Assembly: GCA_026391845.1 (NCBI GenBank)
Contig: JAPLDG010000300.1
Coordinates: forward strand, 19,595-83,594
DNA: 64,000 nucleotides
Direction: 5' to 3'
Source of the DNA: Bacteroidota bacterium
GTDB taxonomy: Bacteria; Bacteroidota; Bacteroidia; Bacteroidales; FEN-979
This document shows positions 9,501 to 18,077 of this stretch, one piece after another. A program made the position numbers and the translations under genes. The first letter of the stretch is position 1; every line of letters begins with the position of its first letter. Below the pieces are notes generated by a model. It did not search any database and had not been told where the DNA came from. It worked only from the letters and a program-made list of their open reading frames with translations.

Positions 9501-11379
9501 TGACCCGTGCGGTGATCTGGTACTGTGTCAGGGGTTTTACACAGACAGATCCGTCCCAGAATCCTCGGAAGATGGCCGGGGTATTGACATTTTCGATGGC
9601 CGGAGCTGCCAGCCGGTAGGAAAAATCACCGCTACCGTAATGCTGCCCGTAGGTAAGCAAGGGAGGAGGCATGTAGCCGTTGGGGGTCATCGGGTGGTGG
9701 GTTGCCCAGGATGACCATGAATCGCTGAAGGGTGAGCTGCCTGACAGCCAGAACCTGCCGAATGTCAGGTTATTCGCCTTCCATTCGTTTGTCTCCGCAT
9801 CACTCTGGTCGGGACCCGAAACTGCCGTGCCGTGACCGGCTGCAATAAAGGGCTGACCGTCGTCGTATTCGAAATAGCGGTTATCAGTTGCCGAAACCCG
9901 GATGTATCCTTTGTTGAGTGAATCCGGTACAACGGTAAAAAGTGGCCCGTTGGTCAAGGTTGTACCTCCGGCATCGGTGGCGATGATCTGCGAGGTCCAG
10001 GTGCCGGTCTCCCGGAAAGCCATCCTGACGGTCCAAGTCCATTCTCCCGATGGCAGCAGCTGGCTTCCGTCACGAAGGTATGCCATGTTCAGGAACGCAG
10101 GCTGCCTTTTTACGACGGTCCCCCGGGTGAAAACCATATCGACGGTGACTCCCGTTCCGGTGCCTGTGTGGCCCGGCATGAGCGTATCGTAGGGGAAGAA
10201 GAGGTTTTCTGCAATGGTCTTCAGCGAAAAGGTGACATCGGTGCGTTCATATTTTCCCAGGTCTGTAAGGGTTGCCGACACCGCAGTCACAACGGGGCCT
10301 GAATACCCGGGGGGCTGTGAAAAAACGGTGACATCCGCGGCTGCAATGGTGCCGTCGCTGCTGAAAGACTGGATGCTTATCTTGTTTTTTCCCGTGGAGA
10401 GTTTCATCGCGGTGATCCGGAAAGTATCGGCCACCACCGGCTCATATCCGCTTTGCATGGTTCGTTCGTTGATCCAGAAGATATCCCCGGAGCCACCCGA
10501 ACGGGTGCCGGTAACAGTCACCTGTTCCCCGGTGGTAGTAAACAGGCTTCCTGAACCTGAAGAAGGTGACAGGACCGAAACCGAATGGCTGATGGTGCCG
10601 GTCGCTGTCACAGCGATGGAGAGGGTATCAATAGCGCCGACGTCGTCGGTCACTGTAAGGCTGAGTGTATAATGTCCGGGGATCCTGTATATGTGGCTGA
10701 AGGAGGCGCTCCCGGCATTCACAGCGCCGTCGCCAAAGTCGATGTGATAGTTGTCGATCACCCCGTCTGGGTCATGGGCAAACACGGTCCCGGTAACGGC
10801 TAGCGGCACACTGCCTGATTGCGGTACAAGGCGCAGGGAGTCGATGACCGGGCCTGCGTTGATCACCGGTTCCTCTGTCAGAATCACCTCATCGAAACTG
10901 AATTCAGGGGACCATGAGGATCCGCCGAAGAACCCGATCTGCACACGCACCTGGGTGGTGGAGGGGGTGAAGGTGACGATTTCCTGGAACCACACGCCCT
11001 GGGGCCTGTTTTGAAGGGTATAGAAATCGGATGAATAATAGGCCGACCAGTTGTACTCGATGGCCGAAAACCGGATCCCTCCCCAATCGCTGCCTGTCAT
11101 GTTATTGATCCTGATCCAGGCGCTCAATTTGTAGGTCTTTCCCGGAACGACCAATATGGGCGATTGCTCAAGGGTGCCGTTGCCATTGAACTTCACGCAG
11201 TGCGATCCTGTGTGGAAATCGGTATTGATCACTTCAATGGGCGGGTACCAGCCCGACCATCCTGATTCGCCGTTTTCAAAACCACCATTGTTGAGGATAT
11301 TGACGGTCTGGCCGCGGGTAATGAGCGCTGCGGCGACAAAGGCAAAAAAGAAAACCGTTGATAAAAATAGTCGCATCAT
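6577..11379 (-). CDS. 1600-aa secreted multidomain protein: CBM4/9-like module, PKD domain, Ig-like spacers, clan GH-A-like TIM barrel, C-terminal PQQ/BamB-like beta-propeller
   Basis: Signal peptide. NGGFENGESGWSGW (CBM-like). DPDGVIDNYHIDFGDG...YTLSLTVTDDVG (PKD). WELVNEG, then DVHAY, then VVLGETD about 104 aa later (acid/base NE and nucleophile E spacing typical of GH-A). Repeats of the type YALNIDNGETLWS / VYAFDTATGATKWYY / VFRFGSDGNILWEQ (PQQ-like). No T9SS CTD at the C-terminus. Confidence 0.85.
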   Translation of the reverse strand: MMRLFLSTVFFFAFVAAALITRGQTVNILNNGGFENGESGWSGWYPPIEVINTDFHTGSHCVKFNGNGTLEQSPILVVPGKTYKLSAWIRINNMTGSDWGGIRFSAIEYNWSAYYSSDFYTLQNRPQGVWFQEIVTFTPSTTQVRVQIGFFGGSSWSPEFSFDEVILTEEPVINAGPVIDSLRLVPQSGSVPLAVTGTVFAHDPDGVIDNYHIDFGDGAVNAGSASFSHIYRIPGHYTLSLTVTDDVGAIDTLSIAVTATGTISHSVSVLSPSSGSGSLFTTTGEQVTVTGTRSGGSGDIFWINERTMQSGYEPVVADTFRITAMKLSTGKNKISIQSFSSDGTIAAADVTVFSQPPGYSGPVVTAVSATLTDLGKYERTDVTFSLKTIAENLFFPYDTLMPGHTGTGTGVTVDMVFTRGTVVKRQPAFLNMAYLRDGSQLLPSGEWTWTVRMAFRETGTWTSQIIATDAGGTTLTNGPLFTVVPDSLNKGYIRVSATDNRYFEYDDGQPFIAAGHGTAVSGPDQSDAETNEWKANNLTFGRFWLSGSSPFSDSWSSWATHHPMTPNGYMPPPLLTYGQHYGSGDFSYRLAAPAIENVNTPAIFRGFWDGSVCVKPLTQYQITARVKTINITGNGGLVIKTGGWLGTGVVNPGIGTLLSGYLKGDNPWGYLIGNITTGSTQHSLDYLYLVLEDCAGEAFLDQLTIQEVNPDGSLKENILSKWNANSHEYLDPIRCRNADYLIDTANRSDIHYKIVIFEKNDYICNHIDRAGLVSPNKGSFEQPQQTRLHRLYEYYWRNLIARWGYATSVHSWELVNEGAPGSYFDLTNDLADYCDTRSPYPRMVSTSFWSSWVPDYWKDSHADYADVHAYVMTTGWIDTITINGTLFNREMLKNDAAAAIYAYSVTTGNDPQRNKPVVLGETDLDMPGNQSPDPLLALDTAGVWLHNFVWGHINQGGMTGLIWNTENIRNNNLYRRYKGFTSFMKNIPLTTGQYHAIDAATSNPAISTWGQVNGNGTAAHFWIRNRNHTWKNVVTSGNPAPQSGIVTISGLTPGTITMERWNSWDEDTIPGTPEVVTVDGSGNLQIGVADLVTDFAVKLYNGSPGSGTSVTYDWPQFQKDASRTGHPSASVAPPFRVRWIWAGPGNTLRNQESEPGWPDDLTSRDGYSFPIPDTVNFTIAESVQPVIKGTRLYFCTMEGNAYALNIDNGETLWSSAVPGGSLVSAAVVGGKVVFASLTGSVYAFDTATGATKWYYDTRGAITTPPCILSNSVIVANHGGQVFRFGSDGNILWEQNLPSPVTGGIAADGNSVYVPAENMKVYAIILASGAIRGSHQVRGQSFRMCHPVVHHGRVWVTSANAALSGSEYIMEEVMTSSASLAEEEQNIKRWLQGDDNGGTWNHASSDWQHIFALDTLTLQEPFLIPAGPVDGCGFPAPSPAVDHEGRILCWWKTRYPKLTATGPAFGTNYSLDVAGINQNTGFRVPIDNGHVAGMFPIETDNLYALSTGGHYLWMRQNFRGTQVIDLAESQHTLVQVTTRYSDGGNFANANICYRNVNQNIGYADVPYLTGQTATMGRTAPAITGNYVFIAETFGIVAIEHH

Positions 11380-11580
11380 CTGTAAATTAATGGGTAGGTC
11401 AAAGTTAAAAATTAAATACTTTCTTCGGGTTACGCTTTATGAAATCCGCCAATCATGTTTTTTAAGTTATTATTTCCTGAAATTTGGTTTGCATCAAAAG
11501 TAGAAGTACTTTTATCGTAATTCCAAGACAGGATCAACTTGTGTTTTAACCGATAAAACCGGCGATCTGTGGTAGTTAAA

Positions 11581-12576
11581 ATGTTTGTCAGCCTTATTCC
11601 CGTATTCCTCTTCCTGGTGATGCTGTTATACCTCGACAGCTACAAACTGGTGAGCAAACTATTGCTGGTCATCTGTTTTGTATGGGGAGTGCTGAGTGCG
11701 GCGGGGAGTTTCTATACAAATACCCTGCTGATGAAGCACCTGGATGTCAGCTTTGAGACCTACTCCGGTTTTATTGCACCCCTGGTCGAAGAGACCCTCA
11801 AATGTACCCTTCTGTGGATTTTGATTAAAAAGAATAAAGCCGGGTTCATGATCGATGGCGCCATCTATGGTTTTGCGATCGGGGCAACCTTTTCTTTTGC
11901 GGAAAACCTGTTCTACCTGTCGCAATATGCCGACAGCCAAAACAACCTCATGGTATGGATCACGCGCGGATTTGGGACGGCCGTCATGCACAGCGGCACA
12001 ACGGCCATATTTGGTATTTTGTGCATGAGTGCCCTGAACAGGCAATTGAAACTGGGATGGGCAAGTGCGACAGGGCTTCTGGCTGCGTTCATCATTCACG
12101 GGATATTCAACCAGTTTCTGGTTTCACCGGTGGTGTCAACTGTGATTATCCTGCTGCTGGTCCCTTTGTCCATCACCTTGATTTTTTCTGCCAGCGAGAC
12201 ATCAATCCGCAACTGGCTCGAACTTGAATTTGATTCCGAAGCCGGAATTCTACGGATGATCAGAAAAGGGAAGTTTGCCTCAACAAAAACCGGTACTTTT
12301 CTTGTTTCCCTGAAGGATCATTACCCCGGAGAGGTGGTGCTCGACATGTATTGTTTTATCAGCCTGTACCTGGAACTCTCCATGAAGGCAAAGACCATGA
12401 TGATGCTGAAGGAAAATGATTTTGAGATCCCCGCAGATCCGGAGCTGTCGCTGAAGATCAGGGAGCTGAATGCCCTGAAAAAAAGCATTGGCCGCGGCGG
12501 ATATCTTGCTATTGCCCCGGTTTTGCGCATGAACCGCAAGGATCTCTGGAAAATATCCATGCTTGAAAAAATGTAA
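11581..12576 (+). CDS. PrsW-family intramembrane protease homolog with extended cytoplasmic C-terminal domain
   Basis: Multi-TM protein with PrsW motifs: EETLK (E-E-x-x-K), FSFAENLFY, AVMHSGTTA, FIIHGIFN. The track ORF starts at GTG 11569; ATG 11581 (MFVSLIPVFLF) is the more likely start. Confidence 0.75.
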   Translation: MFVSLIPVFLFLVMLLYLDSYKLVSKLLLVICFVWGVLSAAGSFYTNTLLMKHLDVSFETYSGFIAPLVEETLKCTLLWILIKKNKAGFMIDGAIYGFAIGATFSFAENLFYLSQYADSQNNLMVWITRGFGTAVMHSGTTAIFGILCMSALNRQLKLGWASATGLLAAFIIHGIFNQFLVSPVVSTVIILLLVPLSITLIFSASETSIRNWLELEFDSEAGILRMIRKGKFASTKTGTFLVSLKDHYPGEVVLDMYCFISLYLELSMKAKTMMMLKENDFEIPADPELSLKIRELNALKKSIGRGGYLAIAPVLRMNRKDLWKISMLEKM

Positions 12577-12639
12577 TGCCGGCAAACATATGGAAAATAA
12601 TGAATACCCTTCACCAACCTTTTCCTGTTCCTCCGTATT

Positions 12640-13185
12640 ATGATAATCAAGGACGATAATGAGCTGGTTTATGAAGTGATTCAAGGCAGTATTTCTTCCT
12701 TTGAAGTTTTGATCGACAGATACCAGAAAACTATCTTTAACCTGATGTTGCGGATGGTGAATGATACGGAAACAGCCAAAGATCTCACACAGGATTTGTT
12801 CGTAAAGGCTTACGAAAAAATTGGCGGATTCAATTTCAAATTCCGATTTTTCAGTTGGATTTACCGCATGGCGTTCAATATGGCAATCGACTGGAACAGG
12901 AAACGGCAACCTGCCTGCCCGATCGAAATGGTGGAATCCCGGTTATCTGATACTCCGGAGCCGAACGATTCAGAAATCAGGAGCAATCTGCTGCATGTTG
13001 CTCTGCGGAAGCTTGATCCGGATTACCGGGTTTTGGTGCTGTTGAAATATTACTGCGGGCTTTCCTACCAGGAAATTCAGGAAACAACCGGAATCCCGCT
13101 GAAAAAAGTTCGTTCACGTCTTTTCATTGCCAGGGAGCAGTTGAGAAAAGGGTTGATTGTCAATGATTTTTTTGAACATGACTGA
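12640..13185 (+). CDS. ECF-type RNA polymerase sigma-70 family factor
   Basis: Region 2 DLTQDLFVKAYEKIGGF. Region 4 HTH LSYQEIQETTGIPLKKVRSRLFIAREQLRK. 181 aa. Confidence 0.9.
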   Translation: MIIKDDNELVYEVIQGSISSFEVLIDRYQKTIFNLMLRMVNDTETAKDLTQDLFVKAYEKIGGFNFKFRFFSWIYRMAFNMAIDWNRKRQPACPIEMVESRLSDTPEPNDSEIRSNLLHVALRKLDPDYRVLVLLKYYCGLSYQEIQETTGIPLKKVRSRLFIAREQLRKGLIVNDFFEHD

Positions 13186-13960
13186 TAAGCTGATCATCGA
13201 AAAAATATGCCGGGATCTGGACCATGAGCTAAACGCCCGGGAAAAGGCTGACCTGGCTGTTTATCTTGCATCGAACCCGGAAGCAGCCCAGATATACCAG
13301 CAACAAGCCTTGATTAAAAAGCAGCTGGATGATGGACAGGCATCGATGATTGAAATTGATCTTAAAAAAGACATTTTAAATAAAATAGCTATGGAAGGAT
13401 ATAAACAACCCCCGAAGAAAGACGGTGTCCGCATCGTTCCAGGATTTTTGTCAAGACCGGTCGTGAAATTTGGCTTTACATTCGTAACCGGCTTCTTTTT
13501 GGGTTTCCTGATTTTCAGCTTCCTGAAAGCTGATCTTTCCGGAAACTCCGGGCAAACAGACCAGATGAAAGGAACCTTTTACGATTCAAAATCGACAGGC
13601 GGTATAAAAAATGCCGGTGTTCTCCAGTATGACAATCCCGTGGCTAAAGCCCTTGTCAATGTTCGTTATTCGACTACGATGGTTGAGATTACCGCTGAGC
13701 TGAACTCCAGCGAACCCGTGAAATGCAATTTCCAGTTCGATTACAACAATTTTAATGTACTGAACATTCAGAATGTCAGTGTGAACAGCCAGACGACTGC
13801 CCTGGCTTCCGGAAACTTCATCCAGATCAACAACATGGGGGAAAACAAATTCCTGATCTATCTGGCCAACAAAAACGCCCTGGAGAATAACATCGACTTT
13901 AAGATAATGCTGAACGATTCGCCCATTTTTCAGAATTCCGTTCAGGTGAACAAGGATTAA
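13178..13960 (+). CDS. Putative single-pass anti-sigma factor
   Basis: The start ATG overlaps the sigma stop (ATGACTGA). A short cytoplasmic helical N-terminus is followed by one TM (VVKFGFTFVTGFFLGFLIFSFL) and a ~130-aa outer domain. The call is by position and architecture; no zinc-finger anti-sigma motif is seen. Confidence 0.6.
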   Translation: MTDKLIIEKICRDLDHELNAREKADLAVYLASNPEAAQIYQQQALIKKQLDDGQASMIEIDLKKDILNKIAMEGYKQPPKKDGVRIVPGFLSRPVVKFGFTFVTGFFLGFLIFSFLKADLSGNSGQTDQMKGTFYDSKSTGGIKNAGVLQYDNPVAKALVNVRYSTTMVEITAELNSSEPVKCNFQFDYNNFNVLNIQNVSVNSQTTALASGNFIQINNMGENKFLIYLANKNALENNIDFKIMLNDSPIFQNSVQVNKD

Positions 13961-13980
13961 CCATATTAAACTCCTGTAAA

Positions 13981-15246
13981 ATGAAAAAGCAAACGAAAAT
14001 TATTATCAGTCTGGTGATGGTCATTGCCATCCTGATCATCGGAATTTCCCTCTTCTATCCTGAAGTTTTTAAAGGCATTACATCCGGCACTTTCGGTAAA
14101 GCAGACAAATATCATAAAGCCCAGATGACGGATACAGATATTCAGCTCAGGAGTGAATATACAGCCGACACGGGCGAGTTGAGAGCTATGATCCAGGGAC
14201 TGATCTATTTCTCCTATTTCACGAACAACCTCAGCAGAACCATGGATTCCTGTGTCGAGGTCCTATCCAAAAACGGGATGACCGATCAGAAGACGGGATA
14301 TTCCAATGTGGCCGCTTTATCAGATTATTCTGCATTCATCCGGAACAACAATAAAACGCTGGGGACCACCATCAGCATGCTCACCGGATTCTATCTGAAT
14401 GCCAATTCCGATCCATCGGCCGATGTTGAAAAAAACCTGCGCGATTTCGGAAATTATGTGAAAAACCTGAATGAAAAGGATTCAATCCTGGAGCTGGCGC
14501 TGAAGAGCATCGACGGACATATGCTTGACAGCAAAACGCTGCAGGCCAGAAAAACCGAACTGGCTTCGGTGAAATCCATCCGCGATCAACTGCTGATAGG
14601 CAGTATTCAGTTGTCGGCCCTGCTGCAGGATAAGCCACTTTGTGCAACGTTATGTTCCTATGCAATTTCATCGCAGTCAAGCCTCGGAATGTTATTTGGG
14701 CAAGAAAAGCTGGGAGCCATCAATAACCAGGATAAACTGGCTTACATGAGCCAGGATAAACTTGCCGATTTTGTCGTCAACAACCAGGTGTCGTTCGGAT
14801 CTCAGGATCAGTTTGGAAACATGATCCAGTCACAGACGGTCAACAGCGCCATAAAATCGAAAGGAGATGACCTGGGTAAACTGATCGGCAGCGTTATTAT
14901 TTATGACAAGGCAAACCTGGCGTGGGTGGTTGGAAGTGCCGCTGATCTTAAGGTTGGATTTATTGCCAGTAACCTGCAAAACTCACTTGGTGCGACTGAA
15001 AAGTTTGGCAACATGGTGGGTGTCATCATCTTATCCCGGGAGGGGTTGAATGTATTCGGGTCAAACTTCGACCTGAAAAGTGCAGTCCAGTCGCAGGAAC
15101 TTTCATCTTTTCTCAGCGCAAGCCAGATGGGAGTCGTAATCATCCTGGCCAGGGATGGAATCGGTTCGGTTGCTTATGGGTCCAGTTTTATCGGATTGAT
15201 CGGACAACTGAACAGCCAAAGCATGATTGGAATCATGGATAAGTGA
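13981..15246 (+). CDS. N-terminally membrane-anchored protein of unknown function with quasi-repetitive Q/G/S-rich C-terminal half
   Basis: TM IIISLVMVIAILIIGISLF. Internal repeats such as QDKLAYMSQDKLADF and GVIILSREGLNVFGS / GVVIILARDGIGSVAYGS. Lies 20 nt after the anti-sigma gene. Confidence 0.65.
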   Translation: MKKQTKIIISLVMVIAILIIGISLFYPEVFKGITSGTFGKADKYHKAQMTDTDIQLRSEYTADTGELRAMIQGLIYFSYFTNNLSRTMDSCVEVLSKNGMTDQKTGYSNVAALSDYSAFIRNNNKTLGTTISMLTGFYLNANSDPSADVEKNLRDFGNYVKNLNEKDSILELALKSIDGHMLDSKTLQARKTELASVKSIRDQLLIGSIQLSALLQDKPLCATLCSYAISSQSSLGMLFGQEKLGAINNQDKLAYMSQDKLADFVVNNQVSFGSQDQFGNMIQSQTVNSAIKSKGDDLGKLIGSVIIYDKANLAWVVGSAADLKVGFIASNLQNSLGATEKFGNMVGVIILSREGLNVFGSNFDLKSAVQSQELSSFLSASQMGVVIILARDGIGSVAYGSSFIGLIGQLNSQSMIGIMDK

Positions 15247-15283
15247 CTTTGATGACCGGTGCTGATCACTAAATGATGTGTTT

Positions 15284-18041
15284 ATGTTTAAAACAATTAC
15301 CCGGAAAAGCCTATACGTCCTGTTACTTCTCCAACTGTTAAACGGGTATTTGCATGCACAGCATAAACTCAGACTTCAGCAATTCCAGACACCGCACGTC
15401 AAGCTCGTGTTTCTGGATAGAAACACCTCCTACCTGGTGCCGCACACCGTCAGGTCTTTTGAAAACGCCCTTGCCTTTCATAAAAAATTTTGGAGTTATG
15501 CTCCGTCGGGAGCTACGAATATCCTGTTCAACGATTTTTCAGATATTGGAAACGGTGGAACGATGGTCATCCCATGGAACTTTCTGAACATTGGTGTCTC
15601 TCCGTTCGATTACACCTTTTCGGTGGTGCCTTCCAATGAACGGATGCAATGGCTGATGAGCCATGAACTCACTCACCAGACGATGTGCGACCAGGCATCA
15701 GCAACCGACCGGACGATTCAGAAGATATTCGGGGGCAGGGTGATGCCCGACAACCGTGACCCGGTTTCTTTGATCTACAGCTATTTTACCACCCCACGAT
15801 GGTATTCGCCACGGTGGTATCATGAAGGTATTGCTGTTTTCATGGAGACATGGATGTCGGGGGGCATCGGCCGTGTCATGGGCGGGTATGATGAAATGGT
15901 TTTCCGCACGATGGTCCGCGACAGCGCATTTTTTTACAATGTTATCGGCCTGGAAACCGAAGGCACTCCTGTGGGAACACGATTTCCAGCAGGGAAACCT
16001 GGCACGGATCAGGCAGGTCCCCGTCACCAGGATGCGCAGGATCACCTGTGCACCTGTGGGCTCCGCATCGCGACCCTGGTTCGACCGGCAGAACGGTCAG
16101 ATTTACATGGCGGTGAATTACCCTGGAAAACTGGCTCATCTGGTGAGCATCGACCTACAAAGCGGAGCCATGAAGAAAATCGCCCCGGTACCCAGCCCCG
16201 GGTTATATTACGTGACCAGTCTTGCCTACGACGATTCAACAAAGACGCTTTTTGCCTCCACCCACAACACCGACTGGCGCGGGCTGCAATCGATCGACAT
16301 TCATACCGGAAGAACGAAGGAGCTGATGAAATTTGACCGTGCCGGGAACCTGGTATTTAATCATAAAGACCGCGCGATTTACGGAGTACAAACCATGAGC
16401 GGCAGGTCTACCCTCGGCAGGATCCCGGCGCCATATTCAAAATGGCAGGATCTTTACACGCTTCCCTTTGGCAGGGATTTTTCGGACCTTGATATCTCTC
16501 CCGACGGGTTATGGCTTTCAGGAACGTTGAGTGATATCCAGGGAAGGCAAAAACTGGTTTTATTCCGGATTGCCGATCTGGAGGCAGGTAAAATGGAATT
16601 CAAAGAGATTTATGAGTTTGAAGACAATCCGGCTGCCAATTTTGTGTTCTCCCCCGACGGGAAGTACCTGGTTGGAACCTCTTATTATACAGGAGTATCC
16701 AATGTTTTCAGGATTTCGCTGGAAACCCTCCGGGCTGAAATCCTGACCAATGCAACAAGTGGTTTTTTCCGGCCGTTGCCTCTTTCCGGCGATTCCATGC
16801 TGGTGCTTGAATATACGCATGAGGGAATGATGCCAGGAATGGTAAAAATTGATACGCTGGCCGATGTCAATGCCATCGAATTTCTCGGCCAGAAAATTTA
16901 CAAACGTTATCCGCAGGTTGAATCATGGATGCTTCCACCGCCATCAAAGGTCAACCTTGATTCTCTGCAGGTGACAGAAACACGATACAAACCGCTGAAA
17001 GAGCTGAAACTGGCCAGCGCATATCCCATCATCCAGGGTTATCAATGCTATGCCGCCGTGGGGTACCGGCTGAATTTCATGGATCCCGCCGGGCTGAATT
17101 TGCTGACGGTGAAATGGTCATTCAGTCCGCAGCCCTCCTTGCCCCTGAAACAAACCGTGCATCTTGCGGTGGATTACTCCCTCTGGAACTGGAACTTCTC
17201 CGCCAATTACAACTATGCCGATTTTTATGACCTGTTTGGCCCGACTAAATTCAGCATGGCAGGCTATTCTTTCTCGGTGAAATACAACAAGCTTTTTAAC
17301 CGGCTGTCGCCCGGAAAATCGGAGTTCTATGTTAAACTTACCGCCTATGGCGATCTTGAAACCCTGCCATTCTATCAGAATATTGCCTCAGATTATCGGA
17401 ATTTGTATGTAGGGACCCTCAGTTACCATAAAAGTTATCTCCGGAAGTCGTTGGGTGCAATCGAACCCGAGCAGGGGTACGACTGGAATGTATATGCCAT
17501 TACGAGTTTTGCCAGGGAAACATTTTATCCCCAGCTCATCAACAATTTTGACCTGGGGTTCCTGCTGCCGGTCCGCAATTCAGCATTCTGGTTCCGGACT
17601 TCGGTGGGTCAGTCCTTCGGTGAGTCGGACAAGACCAACTCCTACTTTTATTTCGGCGGGTTCCGGAATAACTACCTTGAGTACCGGTCGGCGCAGCAAT
17701 ACAGGGACATGTCGGGTTTTCCGGGTTTGCAGATTGACCAGATATCCGCCCTGAATTACGGCAAACTCACCACCGAATTAGATTTCAGGCCGATCCGGTT
17801 CCGGAAACTCGGGTTGCTGGGCTTTTATTCGACCTATGCCCGTTTTTCCATTTTTGGGATGGGCATGTTCACCAATATCGCCAATGATCAGCCACAGCGC
17901 AACTACTTTTCGTCGGGCATTCAGCTCGACCTCGAACTGGTGATGTTTTCGCTGCTTAAATCAACCCTTTCATTTGGCTTTGCCAGGGCATACGGACCCA
18001 TGGCCCCTCTCGACCAGTTTATGATCTCTCTTAAACTGTAA
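15284..18041 (+). pseudogene. Frameshift-disrupted gene: HExxH metallopeptidase-like domain + TolB-like beta-propeller + C-terminal outer-membrane beta-barrel (about 920 aa if intact)
   Basis: Track ORFs 15278..16336 and 15822..18041 each look protein-like on only one side of about nt 15960-15975. Frame A is good up to ...FFYNVIGLETEG and frame B is good from ...WEHDFQQGNLARIRQ onward; frame B is +1 relative to A. Signal peptide present. MSHELTHQ (HExxH) plus YHEGIAVFMETW. The barrel-like C-terminus has alternating aromatic strands. Confidence 0.7.
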
Positions 18042-18077
18042 TTCTGATACAATTCAAACTCAGTATAATAGGTCAAA

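Noticed and set aside
12280-12909. 209-aa minus-strand ORF bridging the PrsW and sigma genes
   Set aside because: It spans an intergenic gap and the antisense of two motif-supported genes, and it has no recognisable features.
15955-15980. Programmed ribosomal frameshift in the HExxH-propeller-barrel gene
   Set aside because: The junction has no slippery heptamer, homopolymer or obvious downstream stimulatory structure. An indel or assembly error is more parsimonious.
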